Part shown: piece by piece, positions 56,597-64,000 of the stretch
Numbering within the stretch: the stretch's first letter is position 1
How the letters are laid out: every line of letters begins with the position of its first letter
Source: Acidimicrobiales bacterium
Lineage (GTDB): Bacteria; Actinomycetota; Acidimicrobiia; Acidimicrobiales; Aldehydirespiratoraceae
DNA: 64,000 nt
Direction of reading: 5' to 3'
Assembly (NCBI GenBank): GCA_022425325.1
Contig: JAKMFW010000037.1
Coordinates: forward strand, 8,127-72,126
The notes under the pieces: generated by a model
The model's input: the letters and a program-made list of their open reading frames with translations, nothing else
Told to the model about the DNA's origin: nothing
Databases searched by the model: none
Program-made: the position numbers and the translations under genes

Positions 56597-58299
56597 TGGG
56601 TCCGGGCGAGGACCTGACCACCACGGTCCGTCGTCGCCGGGCCGAGCGCCGAGGCGCAGCGATCGTGCGCGCGGTCGGGGGTCGCCCCGACGCCGAACTG
56701 CGGGGCGGCACCCTCCGACTCGGTCATCGTCGGGTGGGGCTCGTGTCGCCACATCTCGCCGCCGACCTCGGCGAGGTGTCGCCGGCCCGAGCGCGAGGTG
56801 TGGCCGACTCGCTGGGACTGTTGGTGTGTCACAGCGATCTCGATCTCCACCGCAAGCTTGCGCCGAGGGAGCCGCTCGAACGGGTGGTGTTCGACCTGCT
56901 CGAGCAACTGCGGTGCGAATCACTGCGACCGACTGCGTGGATCGGCATGGATCACAACCTCGACGCCGCCTTTCGCGAGTGGTCCGAGCAGTGCCTCGGC
57001 GAGCGAATCGCCGAGTCCGGCGTCGGTCTGCTCGTCTTCACGGTCACCCACATGGCCCGAACCCGCCTGGTGCGCTCGCTCACGACCGAGGTGATCGACG
57101 AGGTGACCGAGGGACAGCGCTTCACTCTGGCCCCCCTAATCGGTGAGGATCTGGTCGCGCTTCGCGCCAACCGGCACGATCAGCGCGCCTTCGCATTCCA
57201 CGCCCGCGCGATCGCCGAGGCGGTCGCGCTCGTGGCCGGAGACGCCAACCTCGCCGCCGCAGGCGAGGGCGTCGACCGTTCGACGCTGCTGCTGTCGGGA
57301 TGGGACGAGGACGACGATGGCACCGGCCTGACGGGTGTGCTCGGTGCAACGTCCGCCCGAGCTGGTGACCTCGACCGACTCGGTGACTACCAGGTTTTCA
57401 CTCGTGCCTTCGACCGTGAGGTCGGTGGCGATGCGCTCGTCGCCCCGAACCGGCTGCCGGGCTTGCGAGCCGAACTCGACCGGCACCGGAAGGCGCAGGC
57501 GGTGAGTGCCGCCCGTGTCGCCCAACGGCTGATCCGAGCGCTCGCTCGTCCGGCCGAGGACGGCTGGACCTTCGCCGAGGATGACGGTGAACTGGACCCG
57601 GCCCGCCTGGCCATGATCATCACCGACCCCGTCGAGCATCGGGTCTTCCGGCAGCGCCGTCTCCGCCCGCTCGCCGATGTCGCCGTGACCTTCCTCGTCG
57701 ATACGTCGGGATCGATGAAGCAGCAGCGGTACGAGGCGGCGGCTGTGCTCGTCGACACCTTCGCTCAGGCGCTCGATCTCGCAGGCGCATCGGTCGAGGT
57801 ACTGGGATTCACCACGCGGAGCTGGGCCGGCGGGAAGGCGGCAACGGCGTGGAAGAAGGCAGGAGCCCCGGCGTCACCGGGGCGAGTCGCCGAAATCGAG
57901 CACATCGTGCACAAGGACGCAGCGACGTCGTGGCGCCGGGCCCGCCGTTCGATTGCCACCATGCTCGACATCCACCACTACCGAGAAGGACTCGACGGCG
58001 AGGCACTCGTGTGGGCCTACCGGCGGCTGGCGGCGATCGAGGCGAGTCGGCGACTGCTCGTGTTGGTGAGCGATGGTGCGCCGATGGAGACGGCGACGTC
58101 AGGGGTGAACCGGTTGGGCTTTCTCGACGACCATCTGGCGGCCGTCGCTGCTGCGCTCGATGCCCGACACGACGTCGAGGTCGGGGCCCTGACGCTTGAC
58201 GCTGATCTGTCGGGCATCTTTCGCCGATCCCGGTCGATCGATCTCGACGGCACGCTCAGCCTCGGGCACTACGAGGTGCTGGCCGACCTCTTCGGCTGA
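56596..58299 (+). CDS. cobT: CobT-type von Willebrand factor A protein (partner of CobS)
   Basis: 567 aa; the start overlaps the cobS stop (TGATG). The C-terminal VWA domain has the MIDAS motif VDTSGSM. CobT-like motifs are EVLGFTTRSWAGGKA, PGR...EHIVHKDA..SWRRARR, DGEALVWAYRRL and LVLVSDGAPME. Confidence 0.8.
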   Translation: MGPGEDLTTTVRRRRAERRGAAIVRAVGGRPDAELRGGTLRLGHRRVGLVSPHLAADLGEVSPARARGVADSLGLLVCHSDLDLHRKLAPREPLERVVFDLLEQLRCESLRPTAWIGMDHNLDAAFREWSEQCLGERIAESGVGLLVFTVTHMARTRLVRSLTTEVIDEVTEGQRFTLAPLIGEDLVALRANRHDQRAFAFHARAIAEAVALVAGDANLAAAGEGVDRSTLLLSGWDEDDDGTGLTGVLGATSARAGDLDRLGDYQVFTRAFDREVGGDALVAPNRLPGLRAELDRHRKAQAVSAARVAQRLIRALARPAEDGWTFAEDDGELDPARLAMIITDPVEHRVFRQRRLRPLADVAVTFLVDTSGSMKQQRYEAAAVLVDTFAQALDLAGASVEVLGFTTRSWAGGKAATAWKKAGAPASPGRVAEIEHIVHKDAATSWRRARRSIATMLDIHHYREGLDGEALVWAYRRLAAIEASRRLLVLVSDGAPMETATSGVNRLGFLDDHLAAVAAALDARHDVEVGALTLDADLSGIFRRSRSIDLDGTLSLGHYEVLADLFG

Positions 58300-58316
58300 C
58301 TCGGCGAGACGGCGAC

Positions 58317-58754
58317 TCAGGCTGCCCGCTCGGCGAGCACCCGCTCTCTGGAGGGAACTCGCAGCGTGATGTAGGCGATCCCGATCGTGCCGGTGGCGAG
58401 GATCGTCGAGCGCAGGACGCCGCTGTCGACCAGCCAGGCGCTCCCACCGGCGAACAGCACGATCATCGCCGAAGCGAGGAACTTCGCCCGACGGGGCATG
58501 CCGAGTCCGTTGCGATGGTCGTGCACCATCGGGCCGATCCGGGGCAACCCGAGTACCCAGGCCTCGAGTCGAGGACTCGACTTCGAGAACGCCCACGCCG
58601 CGATGATGAAGAACACCGTCGTCGGGAGGCCGGGAACGATGACGCCGATGCCGCCGAGCGCAACCGCCAGCACACCGACGATGCACCACGCGCCTCGGGC
58701 GATCCGGCTTCTCGCAGGCGCCAAGGGAGGCGTCAGAGGGGTCGAATCCGGCAT
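58317..58754 (-). CDS. YbaN/DUF454-family inner-membrane protein
   Basis: 145 aa with GGIGVIVPGLPTTVFFIIAAWAFSKSSPRLEAW, typical of DUF454, and four predicted TM segments. Confidence 0.7.
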   Translation of the reverse strand: MPDSTPLTPPLAPARSRIARGAWCIVGVLAVALGGIGVIVPGLPTTVFFIIAAWAFSKSSPRLEAWVLGLPRIGPMVHDHRNGLGMPRRAKFLASAMIVLFAGGSAWLVDSGVLRSTILATGTIGIAYITLRVPSRERVLAERAA

Positions 58755-58809
58755 ACGGCATTCTGGCGCACGGCCGAGCCATTCGAGACGGCGGGGTTAG
58801 CCTCGGGGC

Positions 58810-60237
58810 ATGTTCATCAATGGGCAGTGGGTCGACGCCATCGACGGTGGCACGTTCGCCGTCACCAATCCCGCCACCGGCGACGTCATCGAGAGCGTGC
58901 CTGATGGTGGCGCCGCCGACGCCACTGCGGCGATCGATGCGGCTCATGCAGCCCAGCCCGACTGGAGGGCCACCACCGCCTACAGCCGGGCCGACCTGCT
59001 GATGGGGGCCTGGCGCCTGATGGGGGAGCGGGCCACCGAACTCGCCGCGCTCATGACCGAGGAGCAGGGCAAGCCACTCAAGGCGAGTCGGGCCGAGGTC
59101 ACCTACGGTGCCGATTTCCTGCGCTGGTTCGCCGAGGAGGCCCGGCGCATCACCGGCGAGTGGTTGCCGTCGGGTCGTGCCGATCAGCGGTTCCTGTCGG
59201 TGAAGACGCCGGTCGGCGTGGTTGCTGCGGTCACGCCGTGGAACTACCCGATGTCGATGCTCACCCGGAAGATGGGGCCTGCGTTGGCCGCCGGCTGCAC
59301 CCTCGTGTTGAAACCAGCCGAAGCGACCCCGCTGTGTGCCAAAGCGATCTTCGACTGCTTCATTGATGCCGGGGTGCCCGACGGCGTGATCAATATGGTC
59401 ACCGCCTCGAATCCGGCACCGATCGGCGATGTCTTTACCAGCGACCCCCGGGTCAAGAAGCTGACGTTCACCGGCTCCACGGCGGTGGGTCGCGTGCTTG
59501 CGGCCAAGGCCGGCGCCAACTTGCAGCGGGTTTCGGTCGAACTCGGCGGTCACGCCCCGTTTATCGTGTATCCCGACGCCGATCCGGTTCACGCGGCGAA
59601 GGGCGCGGCGGCGCTGAAGTTCCTCAACTCCGGGCAGGCGTGCATCAGTCCCAACCGGCTCTATGTGCACCGTGATCACGCCGATGCGTTCATCGAGACG
59701 ATGGTGCCGCGAGTCGCCAAGGTGAAAGCGGGTATCGGCACGGCCGAAGGTGTCGGGGTGGGGCCGCTCGTCAACGAGGCAGCGGTGGCCAAGGTCGCAG
59801 CCCAGGTCGACGACGCTCGCGCCAAGGGCGCCGAGGTGCCGGTCGGTGGTGTGCGGCTCACCGACGACGGCCTCGATGCTGGTCACTTCTATGCACCCAC
59901 CGTCGTCACCGGCGTCACCGACGACATGACGATCTATCGCGAGGAGACGTTCGGGCCGGTTGCGCCGATCATCGTGTACGACGATGTCGATCAGGTCATC
60001 GATCTCGCCAACGACACCAACTACGGCCTCGCCGCCTACGTGTACACCAACGATCTCTCCACGGCGATCCGTGCGATGGAAGGGCTGCGGTTCGGCATCA
60101 TCGGGATCAACGATGTCAACCCGACGTCGGCGGCCGCTCCGTTCGGCGGCATGAACGATTCCGGCCTGGGTCGTGAGGGCGGCCGAGAGGGCATCGCCGA
60201 GTATCTCGAGACCAAGCTCGCCGGTATCGCGCTGTAA
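58810..60237 (+). CDS. gabD: NAD(P)-dependent aldehyde dehydrogenase, succinate-semialdehyde dehydrogenase-like
   Basis: 475 aa with TPWNYP, KPAEATP, FTGSTAVG, the catalytic Glu in VELGGHAP, the catalytic Cys in GQACISPN, and EETFGPVAP. Confidence 0.8.
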   Translation: MFINGQWVDAIDGGTFAVTNPATGDVIESVPDGGAADATAAIDAAHAAQPDWRATTAYSRADLLMGAWRLMGERATELAALMTEEQGKPLKASRAEVTYGADFLRWFAEEARRITGEWLPSGRADQRFLSVKTPVGVVAAVTPWNYPMSMLTRKMGPALAAGCTLVLKPAEATPLCAKAIFDCFIDAGVPDGVINMVTASNPAPIGDVFTSDPRVKKLTFTGSTAVGRVLAAKAGANLQRVSVELGGHAPFIVYPDADPVHAAKGAAALKFLNSGQACISPNRLYVHRDHADAFIETMVPRVAKVKAGIGTAEGVGVGPLVNEAAVAKVAAQVDDARAKGAEVPVGGVRLTDDGLDAGHFYAPTVVTGVTDDMTIYREETFGPVAPIIVYDDVDQVIDLANDTNYGLAAYVYTNDLSTAIRAMEGLRFGIIGINDVNPTSAAAPFGGMNDSGLGREGGREGIAEYLETKLAGIAL

Positions 60238-60251
60238 GTCCGTTCGCGTCA

Positions 60252-60269
60252 TATGCAAATCGTTGCATA
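60252..60269 (+). promoter_or_regulatory. ARG-box-like 18-bp palindrome (candidate ArgR operator) upstream of argC
   Basis: TATGCAA-ATCG-TTGCATA has perfect 7-bp arms. It sits in an AT-rich patch 30 nt upstream of the argC ATG. It resembles the actinobacterial/Bacillus ARG-box form (TGCAT/ATGCA half-sites in an 18-bp dyad). Confidence 0.55.
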
Positions 60270-60298
60270 AAGATTCGACAGCCCGTAGAGTTCCGCCT

Positions 60299-61333
60299 AT
60301 GCACCAGGTCGCCATCATCGGCGCGTCCGGCTTCACGGGCGCAGAACTGTTGCGCATCTGCGCGTCGCATCCCGAACTTACGGTCGTTGCGGCCACCGGC
60401 AACACCGAGGCCGGGAACCGGGTCGCCGACCTGTACCCCTCGCTCGCCGCCGCCTACGGCGACATGACCTTCGCTGGCAACGACGTATCGGTCATCGCCG
60501 ATGCCGATCTCGTCTTCCTCGGTCTGCCCCACGGTGCCAGCCAATCGATGGTTCCCGATTTCCGGGGCAGCGTGAAGCACGTGGTCGACCTCGCCGCCGA
60601 TTTCCGACTCGACGACCCCGGTCTGTACCCGACCTGGTACGGCGAAGCGCACGCTGCCCCCGAACTGCTCGACGACTTCGTCTTCGGCCTGCCCGAGTTC
60701 TTCCGGAGCGATCTCGCCGGTGCCGAACTGATCGCTGCGCCCGGCTGCTACGTCACCACCTCCTCGCTCGCCCTCGGCCCACTCGTGAAGGCGGGCCTGA
60801 TCGAGTCCACCGGCATCGTCGTCGACGCGGCCAGCGGCGTGAGTGGCGCCGGTCGGCCGCCGAAGCCCAACACCACCTTCTGTGCCGTCGACGAGGACTT
60901 CACCGCTTACGGCCTGCTGAATCACCGGCACACGCCCGAGATCGAGATGGCGATCGGCCGCCACGCCGGCACCGATGTCCAGGTGCTCTTCACCCCGCAT
61001 CTCGCACCGATGAACCGGGGCATCCTGGCCACCTGTTACGCCCGACCGACCGGTTCGATCAGCACCGACGATGCCATGGCATGCCTGCACGCCGCCTACG
61101 ACGACGAGCCGTTCGTCGTCGTCAGTGAACGCTCGCCATCGACCAAGGCCACGCTCGGCTCGAACAGCTGCCACATCACCGCCCGGGTCGACGAGCGCAC
61201 CGGCTGGCTGATCGTGATCGCCGCGCTCGACAACCTCGTCAAGGGGGCGTCGGGGCAGGCGGTGCAGTGTGCCAACCTCGCCCTCGGACTGCCCGAAACC
61301 ACCGGCCTCACGGTCGCCGGCATGTACCCGTAA
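60299..61333 (+). CDS. argC: N-acetyl-gamma-glutamyl-phosphate reductase
   Basis: Track start 60173 lies inside gabD. ATG 60299 gives MHQVAIIGASGFTGAELLR. The catalytic Cys motif APGCYVTT and C-terminal DNLVKGASGQAVQCANL are present. Confidence 0.95.
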   Translation: MHQVAIIGASGFTGAELLRICASHPELTVVAATGNTEAGNRVADLYPSLAAAYGDMTFAGNDVSVIADADLVFLGLPHGASQSMVPDFRGSVKHVVDLAADFRLDDPGLYPTWYGEAHAAPELLDDFVFGLPEFFRSDLAGAELIAAPGCYVTTSSLALGPLVKAGLIESTGIVVDAASGVSGAGRPPKPNTTFCAVDEDFTAYGLLNHRHTPEIEMAIGRHAGTDVQVLFTPHLAPMNRGILATCYARPTGSISTDDAMACLHAAYDDEPFVVVSERSPSTKATLGSNSCHITARVDERTGWLIVIAALDNLVKGASGQAVQCANLALGLPETTGLTVAGMYP

Positions 61334-61342
61334 GGAGCGGCA

Positions 61343-62584
61343 ATGTCCGACACCGTGTCTCCGCTCGCTCCTCAGTCGTTCCCGCAACTCCCGCCCCTTG
61401 CCGGGGTCGCGCTCGGCACCCTTGCGGCCGGCCTGCGCTACCAGGGCCGCGACGACCTCTTCGTCGCCGAACTCGCAGAGGGCACGTCGGTAGCCGGGGT
61501 GTTCACCCGGTCGCTGTGCCCGTCGGCGCCGGTCGACTGGTGCAAGCAGCTCCTCGACTCGGGCTCACGCACTGCCCGAGCGGTCGTGTGCAACTCCGGC
61601 AACGCCAACGCCTTCACGGGTTCGGCAGGGGAGACCAGCGTTCAGGTCACGGTCGAGACGCTCGCCGACCAACTTGGCGTGCTGCCGGAAGAGATCTTCG
61701 TCGCCTCCACCGGCGTGATCGGTGAGCCGATGCCCGACGATCTTCTTCGTTCAAGCCTGCCTGACCTCGCCGGTGCCGTCGGTGCCGCCTCCCCGGAGGC
61801 ATGGGCGGCGTCGGCCGATGCCATCCGCACCACCGACACCTTCGCCAAGGGTTCGGCTCGCCGGATCGACGGCGGTGTGAGCCATGTCGTCGGCATCGCC
61901 AAGGGCAGCGGCATGATCGCCCCCGACATGGCGACGATGCTCGCCTTCGTCTTCACCGACCTGCCCGTCGAGCCGACGCTGCTCCAGCAGTGTCTCTCGA
62001 CCTCGGTCGAGCGCAGCTTCAACCGCATCACGGTCGATTCCGATACGTCGACGAGCGATACGGTGCTCCTCTTCGCCACTGGCGAGCAGATCGATGACGA
62101 ACTCGCCGACCCGGACGATCCGAAGTTGGCGGCGTTCCAGCAGGCGCTCGACGCCGTGCTGCTCGACCTCGCCCAACAGATCGTCCGTGACGGCGAGGGC
62201 GCCACCAAGTTCGTGGAGGTCACGGTCACCGGCGCCGCCGACGACCAAGCGGCAAAGGCCATTGCACTCGCCATCGGCAATTCGCCACTGGTGAAGACGG
62301 CACTTGCCGCCGAGGATGCCAACTGGGGTCGTCTCGTCATGGCGGTCGGCAAGTCCGGCCAGGCCGCCGACCGTGACAAGATCGCGATCTGGATCGGTGA
62401 TGAACAGGTCACGGCCGACGGCACGGTCCTCGCCTCGTACTCCGAGGAACGGGCCACCGAACACCTCCGGACCCCCGAGATCGAGATCCGGGTCGATGTC
62501 GGCATCGGTGATGGCGACGCCACGATCTGGACCTGCGATCTCACCCACGGCTACATCGACATCAACGCGGGGTACCGCTCATGA
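61343..62584 (+). CDS. argJ: Bifunctional ornithine acetyltransferase / N-acetylglutamate synthase
   Basis: 413 aa with the autoprocessing site context GSGMIAPDMATMLAFVFTD, DGEGATKF, and C-terminal LTHGYIDINAGYRS. Confidence 0.95.
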   Translation: MSDTVSPLAPQSFPQLPPLAGVALGTLAAGLRYQGRDDLFVAELAEGTSVAGVFTRSLCPSAPVDWCKQLLDSGSRTARAVVCNSGNANAFTGSAGETSVQVTVETLADQLGVLPEEIFVASTGVIGEPMPDDLLRSSLPDLAGAVGAASPEAWAASADAIRTTDTFAKGSARRIDGGVSHVVGIAKGSGMIAPDMATMLAFVFTDLPVEPTLLQQCLSTSVERSFNRITVDSDTSTSDTVLLFATGEQIDDELADPDDPKLAAFQQALDAVLLDLAQQIVRDGEGATKFVEVTVTGAADDQAAKAIALAIGNSPLVKTALAAEDANWGRLVMAVGKSGQAADRDKIAIWIGDEQVTADGTVLASYSEERATEHLRTPEIEIRVDVGIGDGDATIWTCDLTHGYIDINAGYRS

Positions 62585-63480
62585 CCGACAACCTCTCCGA
62601 CCGGGGCTTCTCGCCCGAACGGCGGGCCGACGCGCTCGTCGAGGCACTGCCCTACATCCAGCGCTTCCGCGACGCTGTCGTCGTCGTGAAATTTGGCGGG
62701 AATGCCATGGTGGACCCGGCGCTGTCCCAAACGTTTGCAGAGGACATCGTCCTGCTTCGCTCCGTCGGCCTGAAACCCGTCGTGGTGCATGGCGGCGGTC
62801 CGCAGATCGGCGAGCTTCTCACGCGGCTCGGCAAGGAGACGGCGTTCGTCGACGGCCTGCGGGTCACCGACGCCGAGACCCTCGACGTCGCCCGCATGGT
62901 GCTGGTCGGCAAGGTCGGCCGCGACATCGTCGGCGCGATCAATGTCCACGGTGCCTACGCCGTTGGCCTCTCCGGCGAGGACGGTGGCCTGATCACCGCT
63001 GCGCCACGCGACGCCGCCCTCGGCTTCGTCGGCGACGTGGTCAGCGTGCAGCCCAACATCGTCGAGCGGCTTCTGAGCGAGAACATGATTCCGGTGGTCT
63101 CCACGATCGGCGCCGACGCCAACGGCCAGGCGTACAACATCAACGCCGACACGGTCGCAGGTGCGCTGGCCGGAGCGCTCGGTGCGGAGAAGGCGATCTA
63201 TCTCACCGACGTCCCGGGCCTGCTCACCGACGTCGACGATGCGTCGTCGATCGTCGCTCGGGCGAGCCTCAGCACGGTCCGCGAGTACATCGCCGACGGC
63301 ACGATTTCGGGCGGCATGATCCCCAAGGTCGAAGCATGCATGCACGCCGTCGAGTCGGGCGCCACCTCGGCGCACATGCTCGACGGGCGTATCCCACACG
63401 TGTTGCTGCTCGAACTCTTCACCGACGCCGGTATCGGCACGATGATCACCGGCGATCTGCCGGCAGGGGAGAACCCATGA
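62581..63480 (+). CDS. argB: Acetylglutamate kinase
   Basis: 299 aa with VVVKFGGNAM, VVHGGGPQI, NINADT and GGMIPKV. Confidence 0.95.
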   Translation: MTDNLSDRGFSPERRADALVEALPYIQRFRDAVVVVKFGGNAMVDPALSQTFAEDIVLLRSVGLKPVVVHGGGPQIGELLTRLGKETAFVDGLRVTDAETLDVARMVLVGKVGRDIVGAINVHGAYAVGLSGEDGGLITAAPRDAALGFVGDVVSVQPNIVERLLSENMIPVVSTIGADANGQAYNINADTVAGALAGALGAEKAIYLTDVPGLLTDVDDASSIVARASLSTVREYIADGTISGGMIPKVEACMHAVESGATSAHMLDGRIPHVLLLELFTDAGIGTMITGDLPAGENP

Positions 63481-64000
63481 CCGCCGCCCAGGCCGCAGCG
63501 TGGGGCGCCACCGGCGACCACAGCCCGTTGATGGACAACTACGGCTCGCCGCCGCGACTCTTCGTGAAGGGGAGCGGTGCCGAGCTCTATGACGCCGACG
63601 GCACCCGCCATCTCGACTTCCTGTGCGGTCTCGCCGTCACCGGGCTCGGTCATGCTCATCCGGCGATCACCGAGGCCGTTGCGGCCCAGGCGGGCACGCT
63701 CACCCACACGTCGAACCTGTTCGCCAACGAACATCAGGCGCCCGTCGCCGAAACCCTCAACCGGTTGATCGATGCCGGCTCGGGCCAGGTGCTGTTCCAG
63801 AACTCCGGCGCCGAGGCCAACGAGGCAGCGCTCAAGCTCGTGCGCAAGTACCAGGGCCGGGGTCGCCACGGTGTCGTGAGCGCACTGCGGAGCTTCCACG
63901 GCCGCACCCTGATGTCGCTGGCCGCAACCGGTCAGCCCGAGAAGCACGAGCCCTTCCAGCCGTTGCCCGAGGGGTTCCGGCACGTCGTCTGGAACGACCT
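63477..64000 (+). CDS. argD: Acetylornithine aminotransferase (3' end outside window)
   Basis: It is not in the ORF track because it has no stop in the window. ATG 63477 overlaps the argB stop (ATGA). The translation runs MTAAQAAAWG...MDNYGSPPRLFVKGSGAELYDADGTRHLDFLCGLAVTGLGHAHP...NSGAEANEAALKL...SFHGRT, a class-III aminotransferase in the expected argCJBD position. Confidence 0.9.
   Translation, partial: MTAAQAAAWGATGDHSPLMDNYGSPPRLFVKGSGAELYDADGTRHLDFLCGLAVTGLGHAHPAITEAVAAQAGTLTHTSNLFANEHQAPVAETLNRLIDAGSGQVLFQNSGAEANEAALKLVRKYQGRGRHGVVSALRSFHGRTLMSLAATGQPEKHEPFQPLPEGFRHVVWND

Noticed and set aside
53579-56923. 1114-aa minus-strand ORF, the longest in the track
   Set aside because: It is antisense to the TetR, Xsc-like, CobS-like and CobT-like genes, all of which have clear family motifs on the plus strand. 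I recognise no domain in the antisense translation. It is a GC artefact.
49863-60298. Calling the accessory block a horizontally acquired genomic island or mobile element
   Set aside because: There is no integrase, transposase, tRNA target or flanking direct repeats, and no obvious compositional shift by eye. I report it only as a synteny insertion.
58099-60405. 768-aa minus-strand ORF spanning the ybaN-like gene region and gabD
   Set aside because: It is out of frame with the ybaN-like gene and antisense to gabD and the argC start. Its composition is typical of an antisense GC3-mirror frame. No motifs are present.

Overview
High-GC, very gene-dense chromosomal segment: about 62 protein genes, almost no spacers, and many ATGA/GTGA/TGATG stop-start overlaps. 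GC was judged by eye, not computed. The gene order matches conserved housekeeping blocks of Actinomycetota. These are yajC-secD-secF-apt-rel-hisS-aspS-rarA, alaS-ruvX-mltG-aroE-(prepilin peptidase)-aroB-pepP-efp-nusB, and pyrR-pyrB-pyrC-carA-carB-pyrD-pyrF-mihF-gmk-rpoZ-coaBC-metK-priA. They continue with def-fmt-rsmB, mog-ribD-hisG, infC-rpmI-rplT-trmH-pheS-pheT, and argC-argJ-argB-argD, which runs off the 3' end. I saw no rRNA, tRNA, CRISPR array, transposase, integrase or phage genes. Several ORF-track entries are over-extended at the 5' end, and I re-set their starts from motif positions and stop/start overlaps. infC needs a non-AUG start that the track cannot call. The many 100-1100 aa ORFs antisense to recognisable genes are the usual high-GC artefact. 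The only clearly accessory stretch is about 10.4 kb (49863-60298) between pheT and argC. It holds a quinone-oxidoreductase-like gene and a tightly overlapped six-gene operon: class-III aminotransferase, pta, TetR, Xsc-like ThDP enzyme, CobS-like AAA+ and CobT-like VWA protein. A YbaN-like membrane protein and an aldehyde dehydrogenase complete it. The unexpected coupling of an orphan CobS/CobT pair to a sulfoacetaldehyde-type (acetyl-phosphate-forming) module is my best candidate for something not yet described, but it rests on inference from motifs and gene packing only. Smaller observations: a Gln in place of the first zinc-binding His of the pyrC HxH motif; a 27-bp in-frame tandem repeat at the pyrR 3' end; a candidate PyrR-binding loop; an ARG-box palindrome; a terminator-like hairpin in the infC leader; a thrice-repeated CTGRCCGGA hairpin in the infC-rpmI-rplT spacers; and a PriA lacking a Walker A motif.
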